Part shown: piece by piece, positions 1-11,449 of the stretch
Layout: every line of letters starts with the position of its first letter
How positions within the stretch are numbered: position 1 is the first letter of the stretch
Assembly: GCF_018350175.1 (NCBI RefSeq)
Contig: NC_058369.1
Span: 4,466,001-4,530,000, forward strand
Length of the DNA: 64,000 nt
Direction of reading: 5' to 3'
From: Felis catus
Taxonomy: Eukaryota
Notes under the pieces: model-generated
What the model saw: the letters and a program-made list of their open reading frames with translations, nothing else
Database searches by the model: none
Told to the model about the DNA's origin: nothing
Program-made: the position numbers and the translations under genes

Positions 1-440
1 TTTTCCTAGAAAGTAAGCAAAACGGCTGCTAGAGCTAGGTAAGATTTTGACCTGGTAAGAACTCGAGTCAATTCAACAAGTGATTGCTCGGTGTAATTAT
101 TTGGTGTCCCACAGAGGCATTGAGACATGGTCTCCATTCTCTCATCTCAGGAGAGAGAAAAGGAGAGTCACAAATAACTCTTATGCGGCAAAGGGGACAG
201 GTGCAGACTCCAGCTGGGAATCTGGGACGGTCCCATCCTGGACCCCGAGGGAGGGGCAGGACCTATGGGGGGTCAGGCAAACAGGAAGGAGGGACTAGTT
301 CAAGAGTGGGAAGCTGGGCACAGCAGGGGGCTGTGATGGGTTGGAGCTGGTTGGAGCAGAGGGCACAGGCTCGGCCACCCGGAGAAAGGCTGTGAATGCC
401 AGGTGGGCCCCCCCCCACCCCCGCCCCGACTCCATCCTAC

Positions 441-752
441 AGGGCAGAGGTCAGCAAACCACGGCCCAACGCCCCAGCCAAGTCCCGCCCACTCTACCGC
501 CTGGTGTGTATATAGCGCGTAAGCTAAAAATGGTCTTTATATTCATAAAGGGTTATAAAAAAATCAGAGCCAAAATATTTTGTGGCATATGAAAATTACA
601 TGAAATCCACATTTCAGTGCCCATAAATAAAGTTTTATTGGCACATGGCCACACCCATTCATTTACATGTTGTCAACAGCAGAGCCCCGTCTGGCCCACA
701 AAGCCTAAAATATTTCCCGTCTGGTCCTTTATAGAGAATGGTTGCTGACTCC
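441..752. mobile_element. MER58-like hAT-Charlie element
   Basis: cagaggtcagcaaac...aataaagttttattgg...ggcccacaaagcctaaaatattt...ttgctgactcct. Confidence 0.7.
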
Positions 753-3700
753 TCCACTTTCTTGGAATACTAAAAGATTCTACGGGCTTTATCTGCTCAG
801 ATAAAGTAATGGTACTTTTGCTGATTTGCAGAAATATACGTAAGGCATATATTTCTCAAATTAAAGACAATTTGCCCTAGAATATTTCTTAAACCCTTGG
901 TACAGGTCTCCTCTCATCTGCTAGTGACCAGCAGTAAGCAATGCAACCAACTCCCTACACGTACGGCATTACTGGGAGATGCCGGGTCAGCCCGTTGTGT
1001 CTGACTCGACGGCAGGAGTTTTAAAGGACATTTGCTCGAAGCGGCCGTTGCGCACCAGCATCGTATTTTATAATTTAATCATGTTTTGCTTAATAAGAAC
1101 ATTGTGAGTGCACGTGATTTGAATTAAGGGCGTTGATATTCCACGGTGTCCCGCACACACGTCAGGCACCATCCCGCCACCGCCAGCAGCTTAAGGCCAC
1201 GGCTGAGCAGTGGAAGGAGAAGGCGGAACAGTGGGTCTGCGCCACGGCCCTCGCAAGGGCAGTCTGCAGTCTTCCACTAGAGCATCTGAACTGGAACAGC
1301 AGGAGCTGTTGGAGTTGGACAGGATGGAGACGTGTGGGCAGCGGTTAGTGGGGTGAAGGACAGGGGAAGAAGGCGGGGGGCGCGGGGCCCAGCGTTCAAG
1401 GCTGGCCACCGAGACTGTGGCATCAGGATAATAATTTCTCCTTCACTTACCGCCTTGCCGTCCTCTCTGGCCCTGGGCCCAGTCCTCTCTAAAACTAGAG
1501 AGGAGTCTAGACTGAGCTCACGCTGTGGCCGAAAGGCAAGTCGAGCTGGGTTTTGCAGGAGGAAGGATTTCTCCGCTACCTGCCCAAGGGACCAGGAAGC
1601 ACAGGAGGCGTTTCTAGCTCTGTCGGGGCCTGCTGGCCCTACTGACCCCAGCAGGGCTGCACCAGGGTCAGAAGGCATGTGTGTAAAGCACCAGGCATAT
1701 GGTAGGTGCTCAGGGTGTGAGGTCACGGCAACCCCTTTACTTTCAGAACATAACCTTGGGATCCCGCAGTCACGACTTTTAAAGTCTGGCTGCCCCCTCC
1801 TGAGAGCTGCTCTTTATTCCCTGCCCCATCTGCCACTCTCTGCCTTTCTCGAAAAACCTTCTTTTCCTTGGTCTAAAGCACAAGGGGGAGCCTGGCCACT
1901 CAACAAGCGCTTGTCAGAAGTGCTGGGCTGCGGGCCCCGTCCCCTCCCTGGCCGCAGAAGGCAGTCTCTCTGCCTGAAACTCTCAGGATCCACGTGAGCA
2001 TGTTTCACGGGAGCCCATGGATCACGGTCGTTTGAGAACATGTTCCTGCATCCAAATGTCTCCAGTTCCCTTGGACAAGAATCCCTCCAGCACTGGAAGG
2101 TCTCATACGGCCCTGAGAAGGTGAAAACGGCGCACTAAATGCCGGCACGTGTCATGTTAGCTACAAGCTTTGGTAACAGGACAAGGGACCGTACAGATAG
2201 ATATCTCAGGGTCTCTGCTGGCAAACAATACGGGGGCTTTGGTTTCCATGAAGTGCATCTCAGCCTGTCCAATTGGTTTCCATTTTGACTGGCATTCACA
2301 GTTATTCTTATTCCCAGTAAGAATCATGACGATCTAACTAGAATTGGGAGCTTTGCGGTGGAAACGTCGGAAGTGGGGCCCTCCCCAGCCTGGGCATTGC
2401 GGCGGGTACGGGACTAACGTTCACACTTTCACAGAGGACAGGGGAAGGGGCTGCAGGAGAGGAAGTGCCTTCAGTGAGATGAGCTTCCCTGGGCACTCAC
2501 CCCACACACACCCACCACGTCCACCACCTCAAGGGGCCATGACCTTGAACCAGCGTCTCCTTATGGGAACCGCTCCTGAGCTGGGGAAACGGATCTTTCA
2601 GGAAGGGAGCCAGGGTTAGAAGTATTTACCTACAAAGTGAGTCAACTCTACACAGTTCTGTTGGTCCTCTGTGACGCCTTCCTCCAGCACAGCACGGCAG
2701 GCTTTCAAACCCTCACCAAGTGCCAGAGCCACACAAGAGCTAAGGGTCTAAGTACTGACAAGGTGCAAAAGGAAGAATGCATCCATTCACCAAATTTTGA
2801 GCGCTACGTTGTGTGGATGAAACAGTTCCAACAGGCACAATAACCAGGGTTGTTACAAACCAACTTTTTAACAAAGTCCCATCTTTGAAAAGTTCCAGAG
2901 CAAACTAAATACGAATCAAGACACGGCAACTGGCCTGGATGCAGAACGAGGCATTTAGTGCCCTCCACTGTGTACAGCCGCTGGCTCCTGAGGCCCCATT
3001 TCTCCAGGAAGACCCCACGCTTCCCGGAAAAGCACCCGACTCGCCTGACGCGCAATCTCTTTGCTGAGCAAAATGGGGCATCACGAATGGAAGGGGCCTT
3101 TGATTAAAATTTCTTCGGGGATTTGGTAAAGGGAAACCACGCGTCGAAACGACTGGAATGTTAATCTAGACTGAATCAAAAACAGGGCACCTTTAGGGCT
3201 ATCGGATCTCACGCAAGGGTTTCATGACTTTTGCTTCTCGCTAAAACCAAAGGCCGCCGTTACCTGATGGAGACCTTGCCCCCTGAAGAACGCTTTGGGC
3301 TCCGGCGTTTGGCTCACTCACACGCTAAATATGAAGCCTTGGGGGAAGTGTGGCGGGCACGGCTGCCCCTGTCCTCCAGGAGCTTACAACCCAGAACAGG
3401 AAACAAGACACGTAAATCACACCACATGTCCAAGGAGCCTTGTGCTGTGGCAGTTCAGGAGTAGTGCCACTTCTGGCCGATTAATCCCACGGTCCCTAAG
3501 TAGGGGGTGACATTCAGACACGCCTGAAGACACGGTCGTTGTCACGACCCGGGGGACAGGGGGCAGTGCTACTGGCAGATGGAGGCCAGGGGAGACTCAG
3601 AGCCCTACGAGGCGCAAAGGCGACAGAGGCGAGAGGGAGACATCTGGCTCGAGTCTGAACGTCTTCCCACTCGGCTCACTAAGTCACGTCTCAAGGTTCC

Positions 3701-5364
3701 CAGGTAAGAGAGCCCCGGACACGGGTCCTGAGGGAAAAGTAAGATTTCCATCAGCAGAAATGACATTTCAGGGAGGAGGGCAGACAGAAGGCATGTGTGA
3801 GGCATGGCAAGTCCATTCCAGGGACCAAGGGACAAGGTGATGGAAAGGAAGCCTTTTCATTTCAAGGCCGGAAACAGCCTCGAACGCTGAGCTAAGCACC
3901 ATGTGGTTGCGCCAAAGGCCAGGGGCCAGTCCACCAGGTCGGCCAGTAGGCGGGGGATGTGCCCGTCGGCCCTCCCGACACAGCCCAGAAGGGCCAAGCA
4001 AGGTGGGTGGGAGGCAAGACCAGAGTGCCAGGGGAAGGAACCAGCCCTGTGCAAGGGCACGGAGGTGACCGCGGAGTGCGCTCCTGGGCGCTGGGGCAAC
4101 ATTGCTTCTGGAGCAGGGGAGCAGGGCTGGGCTGTCTGCCGCAAGGGGGACAAAGGACTGTGGTGGCCCCTGCAGCCAGAATGAGGACAGAAGCTGGGCT
4201 CGTGCGGACCCCCCAGCTGGGAGGAAGGTGGGGACGCGCGGCCCGAAATGAGGCGGGGGCCCCACGGCGCGGCCCCGCGGCCCTTCTAACCCCACCGCCT
4301 GCAGTTTCCCTTAACCCCCAACTGAGGAACAGGGTCTTTTCCCCACCAAGGCTCCCCGAAGGCCACCGTCCAGCCGACAGATGGGACGCCCGGCTGCGAA
4401 GTAGGACTGCACGGGACTGGGTCACACGGGGCTTCCAGAAATACTTTCTGTGCACCACTCCTGTCTGGCATTTGAAGAGTTGCCAGTATAACCACACAAC
4501 TGACGAGCTCCCAAAGTATGTCCCCTTCGTGCTCTAACCTCAGCGCAGCGGCCAATGGCCACGGACAATTCCAAATTGCTGTAGCCCCTCCTCTGGTCTC
4601 AACTTCTCCCGGGAGGGTATGTTAACACACGAACGTGCTCGGCCAAGCATAAACGCCTCAGATGCTTGCTGTTTGGGGCCCACGCATATTTGCCGAGTGG
4701 ACAGAGACCCCAGAGAGCAACTCACACAAAGACGTCCCCACGAAGGTGGATTCTTCTAGAATATGAAGAATTTTAAAAATCAGAAGCACATCCTTCAAGC
4801 TATTTTCTGCGAGTCTGGGATTCCAAATATATTTTTTTCTCAAGGCAGGCTACATCTGTCTGTCTGTATTCTGAGGACAGGAGAGGTGGGAGAGTGCTGT
4901 CTGGTGTTTTCTTTGGGTTCTCACTGGCTGGGGTGGAGCAAGAACACATATTTGTGGGCTGGTAATTTGGGGGTGGGGGCCTCGGCTTCCAAGGCCTCAC
5001 CCCACAGATCACCTTTCAGACAGAAACGCATCCTGGACACAGCACTGTTTCTAAAAGATAAACAGTTTGCATTTTCAAAGTGTAAGTGTAATTAAGTGTC
5101 ACTGCAACCTTAGGAATGGACTTCTGTATCACGAGTATGGTTTCAGCAGTGTTCCACGGAGACAGGCACATGTGAGCAGGGCCTTCTGTCGGTGGGGACT
5201 GGCCCTTTTCCTTTCTCTCCTCGGGCTGCCCAGGTCTCATCGGCCTGTCTCTACCGGGCCTCGCTCTTCCTGGGGCTCGGCCCCTGCCTTGCGTCTCCTT
5301 GGCCTTCAGGGTCCTTTCCCAGCCTCCCTTTCCACCTAAGAATCCCTTCAAACTCTCCCCCGCC

Positions 5365-5870
5365 CAGCATTAGCCACAGTAGCCAGAGGGTGGCGACAGC
5401 CCAAGTGTCCACTGACGGATGAGTGGGTAGGCACAGACTGGCCCACCCACACGCTGGAGTATGAGGCAGCTGTAGGAAGGAAGGCCATTCTGACACCTGC
5501 CACTGTGTGGATGCACCTGGAGGACGCCGTGCTTAGTGCAATAAGCCAGACACAAAAGGACACGTTTGTTATGCGATCCCACTTCCACAAAACATCTAGG
5601 ATGGGTAAATTCATAGGGACGGAAAGTAGATTAAAGATTACCAAGGGCTTGGGAGGGTAGAAAGGGAACTAAAAGGGGAGGCTGGGTGGCTCTGTCGGGT
5701 AAGCTTCTGACTCTTGGTTTCGGCTCAGGTCATGATCTTGTGGTTCGTGAGTTTGAGCCCCACACTGGGCTCTGAACTGACAGTGTGGAGCCTGCGTGGA
5801 ATTCGCTGTCTCTCCCTCTTTCTCTGCCCCTCCCACACCTCTCTCTCTCTCTCAAAACAGACGGATAAAC

Positions 5871-5949
<79 letters not shown>

Positions 5950-6130
5950 AAAGGAACTGAAAGTTTCTGCTACCAGGAATAGAGCTTCCATTTGGGGCAA
6001 AAAAGTTTTGGAAACAGTGGGGATGGCTGCACACCACTGTGAGTGCACTCAATACCGCTGAATTGCACACTTAACAACGGGTACGATGGTGAATTTTATG
6101 CAGTCCATGTACTTTGCCACAATTTAAAAA
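5365..6130 (+). mobile_element. Old L1 (L1M-type) 3' end
   Basis: cccaagtgtccactgacggatgagtgg...ataagccagacacaaaaggac...gaattgcacacttaac. Confidence 0.75.
5675..5951 (+). mobile_element. CAN-SINE with (GAAA)n tail, inserted into an old L1 3' end
   Basis: tRNA-derived head ggggaggctgggtggctc, (CT)n, and GAAA microsatellite at 5872-5950. Confidence 0.85.
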
Positions 6131-6769
6131 ACCACTTTCCTCTGCTGACTCTTCATTGGTTCCTGCTTCTTGGATGTTGACGGCTCTGGCCTTCTGTTCT
6201 CACTCTGCACCCTCTCCTTGGATGGTCCCATGCGTTCTCGTGACTGAAGTGACCATTTGTGTGCCGACAGCTCCTACATGCTAACCCCTGGCCTGGACCA
6301 CCCCCGTCGGCTCCAGACCCTGCAATCGGCTGCCTGCTGCAAAGCCGTCCCCAGCAGGATGTCCCAAAGACACCTCAAGCTGGCCGCGCCCACGACGGGA
6401 CTCATTACTTCCCCTGCCCAACACCAGCTTCTCCCGTGGCCCCTGACTCACTGCGGTGACACGTTCTACCAGAACCCCCCAACGTCAGACAGCTGAGAAT
6501 CGCCCTCCCCGCGCCTCGGCCCAGCGAGTCCGGAAGTCCCCGAGCCTCTGAGAACCTGGCCGCTCAGCCTTCCCCAGAGCCCCCTGGCCGGTGCCGTCGG
6601 GCAGGCCCCTGTCGCCTTACGCATGGACCGTGGCAACAACCTCCTCTCCCCTGCCTACCTCCAGACTCGAAGCCTTCCGACGCACCCTCCAAAATCACAC
6701 GTGACCACAAAGCTGCTTCCCCACAAGCGGCTCTCAGCCCAGCGCCAGAGACAAGACCCACATGTCCAG

Positions 6770-6992
6770 CCAGGGCTCGGCACGCTTTTCCTCTACAGGC
6801 CCAGGGGGTAAATATTTCAGGTGTTGCTGGTCACATTCTGCTTCTTTCGCGAAAACTGGACTCTGCCGTTGCCTCGCAGAAGCAGCTAGAGACAGTACGT
6901 AGGTGAGCGTAGCCGCGTTCCAATAAAACCTCACTCACAAAAACAGGCTGCAGGCTGGAATGGGCCTGAGGCCTGTCGTTTGCCGACACCTG
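6770..6992. mobile_element. MER58A-like element
   Basis: cagggctcggcacgc...ccaataaaac...gtttgccgacacctg termini. Confidence 0.65.
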
Positions 6993-7327
6993 CTCCTCTC
7001 TCTAATGTCATCTCCCTTGTACCCTGTCCTCGGCTGCTCAGGGCCGCTCGCAGGTTCCTGAAAACACAGTCACGCCAGGACTGTCCCCACCCAAATGCCT
7101 GCCCCACAGAGATGTCACCGGCATCAACCAGATGGCTGCCTTTCTCTGCCTTGCCCAGGCCCAGCTGTGTCCTCCAGCCACAGGCCCTTTGCACCTGACC
7201 CCCCACATCCACCCCATGCCTGGAAAGGCTCTTTCCTCTGAACTCCACAGGGCTGCTCCCCTTCAGCATTTCAGTCTCAGCTCAACTGTCACCTCCTGAA
7301 GAGCTCCCCGGGACCCAGTGGCCCAGT

Positions 7328-7358
<31 letters not shown>

Positions 7359-7504
7359 GGCTCAAAATAACCGTGGAGACCTTAGTAGAAATAGGCTTAC
7401 TGCATATAGCACGTCTGGGCTTCATTACAGAGTGCATGACAAAGAATCACTGTCTCGGGCCTTCCGTGTAAGTACGACAACCTATTTTTAATTGGCTGTA
7501 TGAT

Positions 7505-7558
7505 TTTTTCTTTCTCTTTCTTTCTTTCTTTCTTTCTTCTTTCTTTCCTTTCTTTCTT

Positions 7559-7596
<38 letters not shown>

Positions 7597-7616
7597 TTCC
7601 TTCCTTCCTTCCTTCC
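7505..7616. repeat. Compound (TTTC)n(TC)n(TTCC)n microsatellite
   Basis: Seen directly. Confidence 0.9.
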
Positions 7617-8699
7617 TAAAGCAGACTACGGCAAGTGTGGTCTGACTCACAGCGTCTGATACCCTCTTGCTGTATGCGCCACTTACAGCTTTGGGAGGTC
7701 AACTGTATTTCCCAGGAAGCCACAGAACTCCAGAACGTTTAAAATGAGAATTGGGAGCTGCCAGGGCATACCAACAGCGTTTTCAGGCACACGAGCCCTG
7801 TGTATCATAAGGCAGGAATGCGTTTCGGGAAAAGAGAAGGAAACGCAGCAAGGAGCCAGGCCAGGCCGTCTGCTCCTGAGGGCCTAACTCGAGTGCTGGC
7901 ACGAAGGGCGGGCCGCTTCTCACCTCCGAGCGGCTGATTGCCGGACTCCGGCCAGGACGGCGCCCAAGGGCCAGCGGTAACAGAGAAGGGAAACCGGCTT
8001 TTAAGCGTCCGTGTGCAGAGCTGGCCACTTGCCAGAGCTCACCCGAGACGATGACGTGTGGGCACTGAGCGGAGACGGGCCCACGCCACAACCAAAATGG
8101 AAGAGCTCCTGTCGCTTTGGTTGCTTGTGTTTTGGCCGCGCACTTAACGCTTGCGGGATGACGTATTGGTACCAGCCCGCCTCGACACTCCCTGGAGGGC
8201 CTTCCTCGCCCGCAGACAGACAGCGCAGGCTCATCCACTCCATCGGGCGAAACCCACGTCCCGAAGGCCTCCTCGCGCTTGTACTGGTCGGAAAACCCAA
8301 CTAAGAACGTGATCCCAGGCCGCTGCTGCTCGTTCGCTCCCTAATCGTAATAATAACCATTGTGATAAGAATAGTTCACAGCTAGTCTCCGGGCAGCACC
8401 TGCTCTGGGCCAGGCCCTGTGCTAAATGGCGATAATCTTTCTAATATGGTGACCGTAGCACCATCGTCATGTTTCACGGATGCCGCACCCTGCCTGGAGC
8501 CCCCGAGCTAAGCGGCGGAGACACCACACGCGAGCCCTTCTCTGCTGGGTCCCGGCCCGGGTCTACGGTTTCCCCTTGATTCTTCCCTCTGCCCCCCACG
8601 CGTCCCACCCAAGCTGTTGCAAGACAGACACGGGCGGCGACATACGGCAAGTTGAGCAGCAACTCTCAGTTTCCACATAGGCTCCCCCTGTAGGTATGC

Positions 8700-9560
8700 A
8701 GGAAACGATTCATTTAACAAACGTGCTTGAGTGCCTACTCGGTGCCAGAACTGTGCTCAGCTCGGAGGAAAGAGAAGTGAATTAAACACACAGCTTCCTC
8801 CCCCTAAGGAGCTGACCTTCTGACAAAACGAAACTGTGATAAGAAAACAAATGCGCATTACATCTGGCACGTGAGCGATAAATGCCAAGGAACAAGAAAG
8901 GGAAGGGGGCTGAGAGTGTGTCACTTTGGAGGGGTGGGCTGGGAGGGCGACGTCTGAGAGAAGGCCTGGAGGAGGTGGGAGAGCACCACCCCCCAATTCC
9001 ATGCGTGAAGAGCTCTCCAGACAGAAGGCTCGAGGGGCTTCCAAGAGGCCTGCAGGGGTGAGGTGGCCTGAGGAACAGGATCACTGTCAGCGATGAGGCC
9101 AAAGAGTCCTGGGTTGGAGAGGCCCAGGGTGGGAGGCGGCTGGCCTCGACTCCTAGTGAGATGGGAGCCGTGGGAGGGTCTGGAGTCGAGGGATACGCAA
9201 CAGGAGGGAACATGCCCCCGCCAGGTTAGCGGGCTGGAATCATCTGGGCAAGAGGCGCTGGTGGTCCGGAGCGGGGGCTGGCGGCGGGGGTGGTGAGGCG
9301 TGCTCAGATTCTAGGTCCCCACTGACAGTGGAGCTGGAGCATTTGCTGATGGCTTAGGAGAAAAAGAATACGGGGCGACTCCAAATCAACCAGGAGAAGC
9401 CAGCGGAAGAAGCCAGCGGGCGTGGAGCCTGGAGGAGACTGTGGGGCCTTTCGGGAGCTCCGTTTGGCCACCTTGTGTTTAAGCTGCCTGTCAGAATCCA
9501 CCTGGATGTGCGCGGCGAGTAGCTGGACAGACTTCTCTGCTCGGAAGGCCTGAGGGTCCG
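8700..9560. mobile_element. L2-like fragment
   Basis: attcatttaacaaacgtgcttgagtgcctactcggtgccag is a typical L2 3' end. Confidence 0.55.
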
Positions 9561-9943
9561 GTGCCCCCACTCATCACCTTAGGCAGACCATGCTTCCCAG
9601 GCGCAGATCCCTGGTTCTTCTTCCCAGCCTCCTTCACCTACTCCTTGTCCCACACACACTTGATTCTGGGTCTTCCTCTCCTAAAGTCTTCCCTCTTCTC
9701 CCCCCCCCGCCCCCTCCCCCCGTAAGAATTCCTTTGCGGCTCTTGTGGCTTCCAAGAAGCACCTAGGTGGTTCTCAGCTTTCTCTCTAATTTTCGGTGCG
9801 TATTCACTCACTCCCTCATTCGGCAAATTAAGTGTGCCAGGCACTCGTCTAGAGAACATGACCTGTGGCAGAGCTGCTCACCATTTAAATTCTAGAAAGG
9901 GAGTGGAAACGTCTTTTTAAATATGTAAGTCCACAATCCCTTA

Positions 9944-10163
9944 TTTTTTTTTTTAATTTTTTTTAACATTTATTTATTTTTGAGACAGAGAGAGAGCATG
10001 AACAGGGGAGGGGCAGAGAGAGAGGAAGACACAGAATCGGAAGCAGGCTCCAGGCTCTGGGCCATCAGCCCAGAGCCTGACGCGGGGCTCGAACTCACGG
10101 ACCGCAAGATCGTGACCTGAGCCGAAGTCGGACGCTCAACCGACTGAGCCACCCAGGCGCCCC
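9944..10163 (-). mobile_element. CAN-SINE (feliform type)
   Basis: Full length; target-site duplication (TSD) agt(c/t)cacaatccctta at 9928-9943 and 10164-10179. Confidence 0.92.
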
Positions 10164-11321
10164 AGTTCACAATCCCTTATAACAGTGCTGATAGCCAAAA
10201 AGCTCTGAAATCTGGAAGTTTTTTGGTAAATTTGGCAGACTCTAACCCGAACTGGCTTGAGGTTGCTTATGGTCCTTATCTACCCATTTGGTTGGAATAC
10301 TCAAACAATATGGATGTGTTTGCTGCCGGCAGATCGGGCCAGGGGTTTCGGACACTGGATCAGGACTTGTACTTTCCTGTCCCCAAGTTCAGCGAGGGTC
10401 CCAACTAGCCAGAAGATGTCTCTGTGAACTTCCCTTGCCTTTTAAATAGTCCACATTTTACAAGTAAGTAGGTGTCTGGGGTGGGGCGGTGGGTGGGGGA
10501 GGTACATTATTTAAATAAGTGGTCAACTTGCAATTAATTAAAAAGGGCCAAATATATTGTAAGATATGGTTCCTCCGGGCCCTGGAATTTTACGAGCAAA
10601 ACAATTGCGAGTGATTATTTAAAAAAATCCCACCAGTACCTTCAAAATTTTGACTCAGTTACAATATTAGTTAAAGTTCAATTAACTAAATATTGCCTTA
10701 ATATGAACTTAATTTTAACTCGAGTCTGAAACTACAAATTAGCTCCAAGGAATGAGATCCAGATAAACAATTTCCCAGGATCTGTATCTCTGGAGACTGG
10801 CTCCCTCCCGGCAGCACTTGGGTGATAAGTAAGCATGGCTAAAAGATGGACATTGAAGCAATGCGTGCCCTTCACCCAGAATGCAAATATCAGCTGAGTT
10901 TCAAAGGACTTGTTCTGTTGCCCGGTGTAATTCATAACTCTGCCGCCCTGTTCCCAGGTGCCCCTTTGGAGCGTCTCGGCAGCTTGTCTGGCACAAGAGA
11001 GGAATGTACCTAAGGGGCTAAAAAATTCAGTTTCGCTTTTACTGCAGAGGCCAACGGTTTCTGAGCTCATTCCCAGCCGAAATCAGCCGGAATATCACAG
11101 GACCACAGGAGCAGTTACGTTTGTCCATCGTGTTGTAGGAAGTCTTTTTTTTTTTTTTTAAAGCTACCAAATCCCCTCTGATACTGACTTCACCAAGCCT
11201 GTCCGGGTCCAAATTAGCAGTGATCAGTGATTAAGGAAATCAGATTCCTGGTGGGGTGGCAGGGGTGCTGGGCCAGGCTGAGACGTGGGGGGAGTCGGGG
11301 AGGAGAGGGGAAGGCGCTTAC

Positions 11322-11376
11322 CATGTGCAAGGAAAAAAAAGTTTTCGTTGTTGCTGTTCTGCGCCATTATTACCAT
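11322..11376 (-). CDS. RFX2: Candidate alternative coding first exon of RFX2 (MVIMAQNSNNENFFFLAH + 1 nt)
   Basis: Two in-frame strong-context ATGs (gtaATGG, ataATGG), donor CATG|GTAAGC at 11322/11321, and upstream CCAAT and TATA-like elements. The joining exon is not in the window. Confidence 0.45.
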
Positions 11377-11449
11377 TACCGTAATGAATGATTTAGTTGG
11401 AATCTCAGTGGAAACCGAGAGTCTTGTATAAGGTTTGATATTTTGGATT

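Noticed and set aside
1133..4555. ORFs of 150-220 aa in RFX2 intron 1 (e.g. 1332..1997, 3892..4497, 3959..4537)
   Set aside because: They show no RFX-like or other recognisable protein sequence and no consistent splice signals. Overlapping ORFs on both strands indicate a GC-content artefact.
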